Source: a virus (Duplodnaviria > Caudoviricetes). From it: a DNA stretch of 36,732 nt. Below the pieces are notes generated by a model, which was given only the letters and a program-made list of their open reading frames with translations, did not search any database and was not told where the DNA came from. Location: positions 1 to 36,732 of the IMG/VR virus record IMGVR_UViG_3300004106_000005; one strand, 5' to 3'. Below are positions 16,316 through 25,257 of this stretch, one piece after another. The position numbers and the translations under genes are program-made. The first letter of the stretch is position 1. Each line of letters opens with the position of its first letter.

Positions 16316-17329
16316 ATGCAAATTAAACCAAAAGAAGCAGCTAGTTTTATCGTTGATTGTATTAAAGCAAAGTTAGTGTGTATGCTGCATGGTTCTCCTG
16401 GTATTGGTAAATCAGACATTGTACGGCAAATTGCAGATGCGTTTGGATTGCACATGATTGATGTACGATTAAGCCAGTGTGATCCAGTAGATCTTAATGG
16501 CTTCCCCAGTATTAAAAATGGTACTGCTACATATGTGCCTATGAATGTATTTCCATTAGAAGATACAGTAATTCCTAAAGATAAGTGTGGGTTTCTGCTA
16601 TTTCTTGATGAGTTTAATTCAGCTAGTCTGGCAACTCAAGCAGCAAGTTACAAAATTATTTTAGATAGAATGGTAGGGCAACATAAGCTACACCCTAATA
16701 CAGCTATTGTATGTGCAGGAAATATGGCAGGGAATAATGCTATTGTTAACAGACTTAGCACTGCTATGCAATCCAGGCTGGTTCATTTTGAGTTAACAAC
16801 TGACATAGAACAGTGGCTTGAATGGGCAACTAGAAATAATATTGATTATCGTGTTACTGGATATTTAAATAGCAGACCAGATAATTTGTTAAAATTTGAC
16901 GCAAATCATAATGATAAAACATTTGCATGCCCTAGAACATGGCAATTTGTGTCAAAGTTAATTAAAGACAGCCCAGGCGTATTGGGTAGCAAGTTACCTC
17001 TATTGGCTGGTGCTATTAGTGAAGGTATTGCTAGAGAATTTATTGCGTATACTAATACTTATGAAAAATTACCTACTATTGACCAGATTATACAAAATCC
17101 AAAAACTACTAAAATAGACACTGAGCCATGTCTGCTTTATGCCATATCTTACATGGTATCAGCGCATGCTAAGGTGAGTAATCTGGATCAACTGTTTAAA
17201 TTCATCAATCGGCTACCAATCGAATTTGCAACAATTACCTGCCAAAATATGCTGTTTAGAGATGCAGCGTTAATTAAAGAACAACCATTTAAACAATGGA
17301 TTGATATTAAAGGTGATTTACTATTTTAA
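16316..17329 (+). CDS. MoxR-like AAA+ ATPase (N4 gp24-like)
   Basis: GSPGIGKS Walker A, LFLDE Walker B, CAGN, SRLVH, PRTW. Confidence 0.9.
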   Translation: MQIKPKEAASFIVDCIKAKLVCMLHGSPGIGKSDIVRQIADAFGLHMIDVRLSQCDPVDLNGFPSIKNGTATYVPMNVFPLEDTVIPKDKCGFLLFLDEFNSASLATQAASYKIILDRMVGQHKLHPNTAIVCAGNMAGNNAIVNRLSTAMQSRLVHFELTTDIEQWLEWATRNNIDYRVTGYLNSRPDNLLKFDANHNDKTFACPRTWQFVSKLIKDSPGVLGSKLPLLAGAISEGIAREFIAYTNTYEKLPTIDQIIQNPKTTKIDTEPCLLYAISYMVSAHAKVSNLDQLFKFINRLPIEFATITCQNMLFRDAALIKEQPFKQWIDIKGDLLF

Positions 17330-17338
17330 AGGAGTGCC

Positions 17339-17599
17339 ATGATGGTAGCATTAAAGAAAAGAGTTGAATTTACTAATTTTAGCCATGTTAAACCAATGGA
17401 ACCAATGAACACTACTGAATTTTGGCAATGGATAGATAACTATTCAAGTCAATCTAGCGACTTTATCAGTACACTTAAAGCGTATCTTAAGAATAATGGA
17501 TTTAGCATTAAAAAGCATATCTTGCCAAAAGAACAATTAGAAAAGCATAAACATATCCATTCATATTATTGGTGGAAACAGTTTGATAATAAACAATAG
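17339..17599 (+). CDS. Hypothetical protein
   Basis: AAGGAG SD; fills the gap in the operon. Confidence 0.65.
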   Translation: MMVALKKRVEFTNFSHVKPMEPMNTTEFWQWIDNYSSQSSDFISTLKAYLKNNGFSIKKHILPKEQLEKHKHIHSYYWWKQFDNKQ

Positions 17600-17610
17600 A
17601 GGAAATCCAC

Positions 17611-18723
17611 ATGAGCCATGCACAAGCGCTGGATAAAGCAAAAATTGGGTTGATGATGTTGCCTAATACATTGTTTTACACTACGATATTATTTTCTTTA
17701 TCTCAAGTCTGGGATAAACAAATTGCAACAGCAGCAGTTGATGGTGTGTCCCTGTTTATAAATCCTGACTGGTTTGTAAGTTTATCACCAAGAGCAAGAA
17801 TAGGGTTACTCGCACATGAACTATTGCACGTAGCTTTAAACCATATGACTCGTAGAAATACCCGAGATGCTCGCTTATGGAACTGTGCTGGTGACTATGT
17901 AATTAACTTAACTCTATGCCAAAACGGATATGAATTACCAGAAGATGGGTTAGTAGATAGACAGTTTGAAGACATGAGCACAGAGCAAGTATATGAAATT
18001 CTTAAGCAAGATACTCAAGATGCAATGAGTATCCCAGGTATTGGCGAAGATATTATTTATCCTGGTTCAGATATTGAGACAAAGGAAATAGAAGCAAAAA
18101 TTACAGACGCTGTATTACGAGGTGTTACACAAGCTAGAACAAACGCTAAAGAAGCTGGAGCTATTCCAGGTGAGATTTTAATCCAATTAGATAAATTTAT
18201 TAACCCTAAGCTAAAATGGGATGTAATTTTAGCTAATTATATGTCTAATTTTAGTAAGGATGACTTCTCATGGCAAAAGCCAAATCGTAGATTTCTGCCT
18301 GATTACTATTTACCCTCTGTATATAGTGAGAGTATTTGTGATCTAGCCATAGCTGTTGATGTAAGCGGTTCAGTAACAGATGCTGAGTTTAGCCATTTTA
18401 TCGCAGAAATAGCAAATATTCAAACTGTCCTTCACCCGGAAAAAATAACTTTAATTAGCTTTAACATTAAAATAGTTGAAATTAAAGAGATCACTAATGA
18501 TCCTGATTTACTAAATTTGCTTACTTTTACAGGTAGAGGCGGTACTAATATTAAAGAACTAATGAACTGGGTACACACAAATAAACCAACAGTAACTTTA
18601 ATTTTTACTGACGGTGAATTCTTAATGGTAGATAACCCGGGGACACCTATTGTATGGCTAGTACATAATAATTCTAACTTTAAAGCTCCTTATGGTGAGG
18701 TCATAACTTATGAAATCTACTAA
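17611..18723 (+). CDS. DUF2201-type HExxH metallopeptidase + vWA domain protein (N4 gp25-like)
   Basis: AHELLH, WN.AGDY.IN, MIDAS DVSGS, GRGGT, FTDG. Confidence 0.9.
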   Translation: MSHAQALDKAKIGLMMLPNTLFYTTILFSLSQVWDKQIATAAVDGVSLFINPDWFVSLSPRARIGLLAHELLHVALNHMTRRNTRDARLWNCAGDYVINLTLCQNGYELPEDGLVDRQFEDMSTEQVYEILKQDTQDAMSIPGIGEDIIYPGSDIETKEIEAKITDAVLRGVTQARTNAKEAGAIPGEILIQLDKFINPKLKWDVILANYMSNFSKDDFSWQKPNRRFLPDYYLPSVYSESICDLAIAVDVSGSVTDAEFSHFIAEIANIQTVLHPEKITLISFNIKIVEIKEITNDPDLLNLLTFTGRGGTNIKELMNWVHTNKPTVTLIFTDGEFLMVDNPGTPIVWLVHNNSNFKAPYGEVITYEIY

Positions 18724-19012
18724 AGAAAATATTGATCCTCGTATTGATGATGTACGTAACTATTGTGTTCTTAATCTTGGATATAATATGGTAATTTTAC
18801 TGCCTCATGCTGATGGTGTTGCACTTATGGCCGCATTAGCAAAAGCAGAAAAACTTGATTGCTCTCTCTATGACATTGGTCAAGGTAACTTAAAATTTGA
18901 TAAAATAGGTGCATTAAACATAGAGTCATACGTTGTAACCCGGAAACAATACGTAGAGGCTAAAATGGCAAGTTTGCTTAATGTAACTACGGAGAAACAA
19001 AGTGACAGCTAA
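18710..19012 (+). CDS. Hypothetical conserved phage protein
   Basis: Overlaps both neighbours, suggesting translational coupling. Confidence 0.7.
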   Translation: MKSTKENIDPRIDDVRNYCVLNLGYNMVILLPHADGVALMAALAKAEKLDCSLYDIGQGNLKFDKIGALNIESYVVTRKQYVEAKMASLLNVTTEKQSDS

Positions 19013-20261
19013 ATTAACTGAAGATCAGGAACAGGCAGTAGATGTATTCTCTAAATTCTTGGAGTCTTCAGATAAATACATGGTTATTCAAGGTGCAGCA
19101 GGATCAGGTAAATCTACCTTAGTTAAGCATCTTGTTAGACTTGTTAAGAATAGATATAAAATGTATTCTTTGCTGCTTAAAAAAAATAAAGCTGAGAATG
19201 AATTTGACTTTGCGTATACTGCTACAACTAATAAAGCTGCTGCTGTGCTAAGTAATTTTATGCAACAACCTGTTAGTACAATTCACTCATTATTAAAATT
19301 AGTTGTAGTAAATGATTATAGCACTGGCTCAACAAAACTTAAGCCAAGAAAAGACTACTGCTTAATTTATAACACACTAATTATTATAGATGAAGCCAGC
19401 TTTATTAGTGATGAGTTATTTAAAATAATTGATGATACTACTATTGATTGCAAAATATTACTTATTGGAGATCAATATCAATTAGCTCCAGTTAAACAAA
19501 AAAAATCTATTATGGAGACTCTTAATTGTGCTAAAGTTTATTTAAATGAAATTATACGTAATAGTGGACTTATTATGCAAACTGGGGCTATGTTTAGAGA
19601 AACAGTTAAAACTGGAATATTTAATTTAATTAAACCAGATAATAAATCTATATTACACGTAAATGGTAGCGAGTTTAAAGAACTTGTAATACAAGCGTAT
19701 ACAGATACAGGTTATTCTGTTAATACTGCGAAAATACTCGCATGGACTAACAATAAAGTATTAGCGTATAACCAATTTATACGTAGTATACTGAATTATA
19801 CTCCTGAATTTAATCAAGGCGAACTTGTACACACGAATAATTCAATTTTAGATAAAAATTATTTTGTAAGTGCTGATTCTTGCGTAAAAATAACTGGTAT
19901 AAGCCAAGATATGCTACTTTATAATGTTACTGGTAAAAATGTAACGATTAATAACAGAATAACAAGATTTTTACCCAATAATCAAATTGACGCTTATACA
20001 GCGCAGAAAATAGCAGCTAAAGAGAAAAATTGGACAAAATATTTTGATATAAAAGATAACTGGCTTGATCTTAGACCAGTATACGCAAGTACAGTTCATA
20101 AAAGCCAAGGAAGTACATATCACACTGTATTTATTGATTTAAGCGATATAAGCAAGTGTAACATCTCAACAGATGTAGCTAGAATGCTTTATGTAGCGAT
20201 TAGTAGAGCTAGCCATAAAGTAGTTCTATATGGTAATTTACCTCAAAAATACGCAGGATAG
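19002..20261 (+). CDS. SF1 (Dda/RecD-like) DNA helicase
   Basis: GAAGSGKS, TIHS, IIDEAS, IGD.YQL.PV, TVHKSQGSTY, YVAISRA. Confidence 0.93.
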   Translation: MTAKLTEDQEQAVDVFSKFLESSDKYMVIQGAAGSGKSTLVKHLVRLVKNRYKMYSLLLKKNKAENEFDFAYTATTNKAAAVLSNFMQQPVSTIHSLLKLVVVNDYSTGSTKLKPRKDYCLIYNTLIIIDEASFISDELFKIIDDTTIDCKILLIGDQYQLAPVKQKKSIMETLNCAKVYLNEIIRNSGLIMQTGAMFRETVKTGIFNLIKPDNKSILHVNGSEFKELVIQAYTDTGYSVNTAKILAWTNNKVLAYNQFIRSILNYTPEFNQGELVHTNNSILDKNYFVSADSCVKITGISQDMLLYNVTGKNVTINNRITRFLPNNQIDAYTAQKIAAKEKNWTKYFDIKDNWLDLRPVYASTVHKSQGSTYHTVFIDLSDISKCNISTDVARMLYVAISRASHKVVLYGNLPQKYAG

Positions 20262-20265
20262 TATT

Positions 20266-20802
20266 ATGAATGTAAAAGCAAGACAAACCAGATCAGCCTA
20301 TATTTACATGCTCCATGATTGGTTAATGCTTTATTTGGATAAAAATTATGTAAATAGCAATCGGCTAGAAATACATAAATTATGCTTTAAAAATCAAGCA
20401 TTATTGAAAGCAAATACAAATACTTTTATATTTGAAGGTAAGTGGTATTCAGGAGGTGATAAAATTAAAGGTGGGGCAAATCGTATATTGCATATTTCGT
20501 TAAAACAGCAAATGTATAATTTATGCCATGAAAATAATTTTGAACATATAGCTAGTGTAAACCAGCTTAGTAACTACATATCGATTGTTTTGCTTAATGC
20601 TAGGCATATTAACGATTTATCTAAATTACTGCCTAGCACATTACAGTTGCCAACTAATATTTCTAATACGAGTATATTTAATATTGGTAATGAAATGACA
20701 GAAGAAGAAATTGCTGCTTTTAAAGAAAAATATAAAAAAGTAATTCATAAGCTTAACGTAAAATTACTCACCGATTTATTATTAGTATCACAAAAGGAGT
20801 AA
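20266..20802 (+). CDS. N4 gp38-like protein between helicase and polymerase
   Basis: ATG at 20266 after AGGA and the helicase stop; identity from synteny. Confidence 0.6.
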   Translation: MNVKARQTRSAYIYMLHDWLMLYLDKNYVNSNRLEIHKLCFKNQALLKANTNTFIFEGKWYSGGDKIKGGANRILHISLKQQMYNLCHENNFEHIASVNQLSNYISIVLLNARHINDLSKLLPSTLQLPTNISNTSIFNIGNEMTEEEIAAFKEKYKKVIHKLNVKLLTDLLLVSQKE

Positions 20803-22817
20803 TGCGTATGTTATCTTGTTATTTTGGTTTACAAGAGCAAGCTGCAATAGCTCGTGTGGCAATACTTATAAAAACAGCTAGTTTTAAAAATAAGCAAATC
20901 CAAAATAACTATGTGATGGGTAATCCTAACAATTATGCTGCGTTTAGCTTAGACTACCCATCATCTGGTAACTGCTCAGTAGCACACCAAAAAGGCTATT
21001 TAGCAGAGCTTTTACCCGTTATCACAGGTATGGATATTCACACGGTATTAGTAGCTGATTCGGCTTATTTTAAGACTTTAGCAGGCAAAACTAAGGCAGA
21101 CCTTTATTACGGGCATGTTTTAAAATGTGCTATCAAAGGTTACGAACATATTAACGTTATTCTAGCTCCTAATTACCAAGCCATTCTTTATAATCCTGCT
21201 TTACAGCTTAAGTTAGACTTAGCTAACCAGACAGTTATTAACTTCTTGGCAGGTACATATGCTAGCCCAGGTAAGTTAACTTTAAAAAATCCTCAGTACC
21301 CTCAGACTATCGAAGATATAACTTTAGCTTTAGCTCGACTTCACCAGTACAAATCAATTACTTGTGACATAGAGACACGAGGATTGAAATTCTACAACTG
21401 TGGAATTAGCACTATAGCTTTTGCGTGGAATCAGTGTGAAGGACTAGCCTTTGCTATAGATAGGCATAAAGATAGTGAGCAAATTAGGCTAGTATTGCGA
21501 GCATTTTTTACTCGTTATAAAGGTAAAATTATTTATCATAATGCAACATTTGATATTAAGGTATTGGTTTATCAATTATGGATGCAGCATTTAGCTGACT
21601 ATATAGGTATGCAAAAAGGTATAGAAATTTTGCACAGTAATTGTGAAGACACTAAAATTATTACTTATTTAGCCACAAATAACACTGTGGAGAATGTTTT
21701 AAAACTTAAGGTATTATCACGTGAATTTGCCGGTAATTACGCTTTAGAAGACATTACTGACACTGAAAAAGTACCTTTGCCTAAACTGCTTGAATACAAC
21801 TTAACAGACGCATGCTGCACATGGTATGTAGCTGATAAATACACACCTAAAATGATAGCTGATGACCAACTTAATACCTATGAGGTACTGTTTAAACCTG
21901 GGTTAAAAGTAATTCTACAAATGGAATTATCTGGTATGCCTATTGACCCAACACAAGTACAAAATGTTAAAGCTACACTAAAAGATATTGTTAAAGCACA
22001 TAAAGCATATATTGCTAATTCCCCCATAGTAAATGATTGTCATTATCAAATACTACAAGAAAAAGTTACTGCAGATAATCTTAAATTAAAAACAAAGGTT
22101 AGAGTAATAGAAGATTTTGCTCAAATTAAGTTTAACCCTCATAGTGATAAACAACTGCAAAGACTAATTTATGATTATTTAGGCTATGAACCAATAGATT
22201 TTACTAAAGGAGGTTTTCCATCAACAGGAGTTAAAACACTTGCTAAACTACTTAACTTTACAAAATGTGAAGAACACACATTATTACTTGAAGCATTTAT
22301 TGGATTATCCCAAGCAGACAAAATATTAACCAGCTTTATACCTGCGTTTGAACAAGCTCAACAGTTACCTGACGGTAGCTGGAGATTATATGGTAATTTT
22401 AATTTAGGGGGTACTCAGTCAGGCCGTTTATCTTCGTCTGAACCAAATCTTACTAATATTCCTTCAAATTCAATTTATGCTAAGTTAGTTAAACAAGCAT
22501 TTATATCCCCATTTGGATATATATTTTGTGGGTCAGATTTTGATTCTCTAGAGGATAAAGTAAATGCTTTGCTTACCCGTGATCCTAATAAAATGGCTGT
22601 TTATGAGCATGGTTACGATGGTCATTGCCTGCGTACATTTTATTACTTTCGAGAACAGTTACCAAATGTTAGCTTACCTGAAGATACAGATAGATGTTTT
22701 AAGTTAAACATAAACGGGCAAGAATTGTATTGTAAAAGTGGGGATTTTGTTATAGATGCCACTAATAAGAGAATTTCCGTAGAAGAGTATTACGCTGCTT
22801 GTTGCAAGGAGGGCTAA
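20802..22817 (+). CDS. Family A DNA polymerase, N-terminal polypeptide (3'-5' exonuclease, thumb, motif A)
   Basis: Exo I CDIET, Exo II HNATFD, Exo III YNLTD, GTQSGRLSS..PNL.NIP, motif A GSDFDSLE, YDGHCLR; lacks motifs B and C. Confidence 0.93.
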   Translation: MRMLSCYFGLQEQAAIARVAILIKTASFKNKQIQNNYVMGNPNNYAAFSLDYPSSGNCSVAHQKGYLAELLPVITGMDIHTVLVADSAYFKTLAGKTKADLYYGHVLKCAIKGYEHINVILAPNYQAILYNPALQLKLDLANQTVINFLAGTYASPGKLTLKNPQYPQTIEDITLALARLHQYKSITCDIETRGLKFYNCGISTIAFAWNQCEGLAFAIDRHKDSEQIRLVLRAFFTRYKGKIIYHNATFDIKVLVYQLWMQHLADYIGMQKGIEILHSNCEDTKIITYLATNNTVENVLKLKVLSREFAGNYALEDITDTEKVPLPKLLEYNLTDACCTWYVADKYTPKMIADDQLNTYEVLFKPGLKVILQMELSGMPIDPTQVQNVKATLKDIVKAHKAYIANSPIVNDCHYQILQEKVTADNLKLKTKVRVIEDFAQIKFNPHSDKQLQRLIYDYLGYEPIDFTKGGFPSTGVKTLAKLLNFTKCEEHTLLLEAFIGLSQADKILTSFIPAFEQAQQLPDGSWRLYGNFNLGGTQSGRLSSSEPNLTNIPSNSIYAKLVKQAFISPFGYIFCGSDFDSLEDKVNALLTRDPNKMAVYEHGYDGHCLRTFYYFREQLPNVSLPEDTDRCFKLNINGQELYCKSGDFVIDATNKRISVEEYYAACCKEG

Positions 22818-22825
22818 TAAATAAA

Positions 22826-22954
22826 ATGGATATTATTCTAACAAATGATACTAAAATACAAGAAATATCTAAGATAGACTATTCTGTACATACAATAAAT
22901 CAGCTTAAAAAGGAGCATGGGGCCTTACGTCAACAAAGTAAGGCCCCAACTTAA
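22826..22954 (+). CDS. DNA polymerase middle fragment (42 aa, MDIILTND...LRQQSKAPT), first half of motif B
   Basis: ATG at 22826 downstream of AAGGAGGG; ends R..SKAPT then TAA at 22952-22954; absent from the ORF track because it is short. Confidence 0.85.
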   Translation: MDIILTNDTKIQEISKIDYSVHTINQLKKEHGALRQQSKAPT

Positions 22955-22956
22955 CT
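22918..22956 (+). other. Candidate translational-bypass element: 11-bp stem-loop + ACT take-off + TAA + ACT landing
   Basis: TGGGGCCTTAC-GTCAACAAA-GTAAGGCCCCA, then ACT TA ACT TTT GCC. Confidence 0.55.
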
Positions 22957-23577
22957 TTTGCCTTAACTTATGGGGGGACATTCGCTACACTTATAAAAAA
23001 CTGTGGATTTTCTAAAGATACTGCTTTAAAAATTGAAACAAACTACCACTCATTATATAAAGTATCTGATGATTGGGTTAATGCTAAACTGGATCAAGCC
23101 AGTATTACTGGGTATGTTACTTGTGCCTTTGGTTTAAGATTGCGTACTCCTATTCTAAAGCAAACTATCTGCAACACAAACTATACCCCATTTATTGCTA
23201 TGGCTGAACGTAGATCAGCAGGTAACGCGTTAGGTCAAAGCTATTGTATGCTCAATGAAAGAGCTGCTATTGAGTTTCAAAAACGCTGTTTAGCTTCACC
23301 TTACCGTTATGATATTCATCCATCTGCACATATCCATGATGCACAATACTATGTAGTTAAAGATGATGTTCATATAGTTAAATGGGTAAATGATAATTTA
23401 ATTGAGTGTATGCGATGGAGTGACTTACCTGAGTTAAAGCATGACACTGTAAAAATGTCGTCTAAGCTTGAGTTATATTGGCCTAATTGGGCATATTCGC
23501 ATGCAGTTCCTAACACTGCTGATGAGAGTAGCATTAAAGAAATTGCTAATAAAGCCAAAATTAAACAGCATGATTAA
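22957..23577 (+). CDS. DNA polymerase C-terminal fragment (rest of motif B, motif C); no start of its own before conserved FALTYGG
   Basis: Frame of ORF 23140..23577 extends upstream as FALTYGGTFATLIKNCGFS...YHSLYKVSD.W...GYVTCAFGLRLRTP; RSAGNALGQS; motif C HIHDA. Confidence 0.9.
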   Translation, partial: FALTYGGTFATLIKNCGFSKDTALKIETNYHSLYKVSDDWVNAKLDQASITGYVTCAFGLRLRTPILKQTICNTNYTPFIAMAERRSAGNALGQSYCMLNERAAIEFQKRCLASPYRYDIHPSAHIHDAQYYVVKDDVHIVKWVNDNLIECMRWSDLPELKHDTVKMSSKLELYWPNWAYSHAVPNTADESSIKEIANKAKIKQHD

Positions 23578-24010
23578 AGAACTCAATCTGTGTATACCAG
23601 GACAGCCAATTTCTAAAGCTAGACATAAGCTTGCTCGTAGGGGTAAGTTTATACATATGTATAACCCTCAGCATAAGCAAAATGACGAATTTAAGCAGTG
23701 TGTAATACAACAATTACCAAAAAATTTTACTTGCTTTAATGGCTTAGTGAAAATTGAAATTATTTTTCATATTGCAAGACCTAAAAGCCACTATGGCATA
23801 GGTAAAAAAAGTGATTGTTTAAAATTAAACATGCCTTTATACCCTATGACAAAACCTGACATCGACAATTATACTAAGTACGTGTACGATTGTTTTAACC
23901 AGGTTATTTGGGAAGATGACTCATTAGTTTATGAATCTCGTGAACGTAAAGTCTACTCTAATACACCTAAAACATTAATTCATGTTATAGGAGAGTACAC
24001 AAATGGCTAG
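23570..24010 (+). CDS. rusA: RusA-family Holliday junction resolvase (copy 1)
   Basis: PG.PI.K.R, RPKSHY, KPDIDNY.K...D..N...W.DD..V; ATG at 23570 overlaps the end of the polymerase gene. Confidence 0.88.
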   Translation: MIKELNLCIPGQPISKARHKLARRGKFIHMYNPQHKQNDEFKQCVIQQLPKNFTCFNGLVKIEIIFHIARPKSHYGIGKKSDCLKLNMPLYPMTKPDIDNYTKYVYDCFNQVIWEDDSLVYESRERKVYSNTPKTLIHVIGEYTNG

Positions 24011-24068
24011 AATAAAGTCAGACACGGGTTTATGCAATAAGAACAACTAAACAATATGGGAGGAATAA

Positions 24069-24686
24069 GTGAACCAGGTTAAGAAAAAAAAGAGAGGACA
24101 TCTGCAACCTATTAAATATTATGATTGGCCTGAACAAAATAGAAAAGTAACCCTTAATGAATTAGCAAAAGAATGGAATAGACCACGGAAAACACTTATA
24201 AATTGGCTTTACATTTATAGGTATAATATTCAACTAATATTTATTGAACGCCAAAGTAAGCCTAGAGGATATGGGGCTACTACTAAGATATTAGCTAATG
24301 GTAAAACATACTGTCAAATGGCTGCTGAAGCAAACTGTAGTGTAGCAGTAATACGAAATCATATTAAATGTAAAGGTATTGACGTTAAATATATACCGCC
24401 TAAACGCCAGTGTAAGCCACAAACAGCATTAGCTACCTCGACTGTTAAGATAAAATCAACTTTTAATAACATAAGGCAACCTGATATAAAAGATTGGAAG
24501 TGTAAATGCCCTACTTGTGGTAAAATATGGAACTACCGTATGTGGTTTACTGGCTCTATACCGTCTAGTGGCTTTATCCCTAAGATGTGTCTTAATACTT
24601 GTGCAGTAGCAGCAACAAAAGTCAATTCGTTAGCTCTAACAGCCGCTAATATCAGATTAAGTGTTCATCGTAATGCAGCAGAATAA
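24069..24686 (+). CDS. Basic putative DNA-binding protein (two HTH-like segments + CxxC zinc ribbon)
   Basis: TLNELAKEW....TL..W, TY..MAAEANCS..VIR, CPTCG...C...C; GGGAGG SD. Confidence 0.55.
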   Translation: MNQVKKKKRGHLQPIKYYDWPEQNRKVTLNELAKEWNRPRKTLINWLYIYRYNIQLIFIERQSKPRGYGATTKILANGKTYCQMAAEANCSVAVIRNHIKCKGIDVKYIPPKRQCKPQTALATSTVKIKSTFNNIRQPDIKDWKCKCPTCGKIWNYRMWFTGSIPSSGFIPKMCLNTCAVAATKVNSLALTAANIRLSVHRNAAE

Positions 24687-24695
24687 GGAGATTAT

Positions 24696-25043
24696 ATGAA
24701 CGCAAAAGAATTTGAAGAATTATCTACACAAAGAGTTGAACATTGCCTTAGCTTACTTAATACAAAAGGTATGGAATATTCTCGTAATGGTGATAGATTG
24801 CACAATTTCTACACTGCCGCTGCTATGAGTAATAATTCTGAATTTGAAGCATTATGGGGTATGTGGGTTAAACATCTTGTGTCTGTTAAAGATATGGTTT
24901 TAGACTGTGCTAATGGAGTTTTCCCTAATCAACAACTTATTGATGATAAATTATCAGATACAATAAATTACTCTCTGCTATTAGAAGGACTGATTGTAGA
25001 AGCAAAAAAACATTCTATTCCCAGTGTACCTCCAGCTATATAA
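24696..25043 (+). CDS. DUF1599 / nucleotide-modification-associated helical protein (MazG-like superfamily)
   Basis: KG.EY....DRL.NF...KH......D..NY..LL motif. Confidence 0.7.
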   Translation: MNAKEFEELSTQRVEHCLSLLNTKGMEYSRNGDRLHNFYTAAAMSNNSEFEALWGMWVKHLVSVKDMVLDCANGVFPNQQLIDDKLSDTINYSLLLEGLIVEAKKHSIPSVPPAI

Positions 25044-25159
25044 TATATGGCTGTACCAGTTATACCCATCTCTCTCTATAATTTCCAAGTACACATTTAG
25101 TCTTAATACAATTTATTTAAGTAAATATGCCTTCGGCATTTGGAGTGATCTTTGTTATT

Positions 25160-25236
25160 GGGTGTGTATCCCAACTGGCAGAGGAAAAGGACTTAAAATC
25201 CTTCAAGTGTGGGTTCGAATCCCTCCACGCCTACCA
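25160..25236 (+). tRNA. tRNA-Leu (anticodon TAA), short variable arm, encoded CCA
   Basis: Acceptor GGGTGTG/CACGCCT, D-loop CTGGCA, anticodon arm AAGGA-CTTAAAA-TCCTT, T-loop TTCGAAT, ends ACCA. Confidence 0.9.
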
Positions 25237-25257
25237 ATAACTTATTTGAGGAGTCTA

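Noticed and set aside
22949-22956. Group I intron (or its remnant) in polymerase motif B, suggested by an exon ending in U followed by TAA
   Set aside because: Only 5 nt intervene, there is no P-Q-R-S core, and no register of the insert ends in the required terminal G
22911-23015. Internal AGGAG followed by ATG at 22917 as a restart for the C-terminal polymerase fragment
   Set aside because: SD-ATG spacing is 1 nt, and that frame is not the FALTYGG frame; it stops after about 30 codons
23140-23577. ORF-track TTG start for a stand-alone 145-aa protein
   Set aside because: Polymerase homology extends 61 codons upstream in the same frame, and there is no good SD at 23140
20802-23577. Genome-wide stop-codon reassignment as the explanation for the broken polymerase
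   Set aside because: The fragments are in different frames, and all other core genes are intact under the standard code with TAA/TAG/TGA stops
25024-25257. N-terminal extension of the exonuclease ORF
   Set aside because: Overlaps the tRNA; a strong SD supports the ATG at 25258
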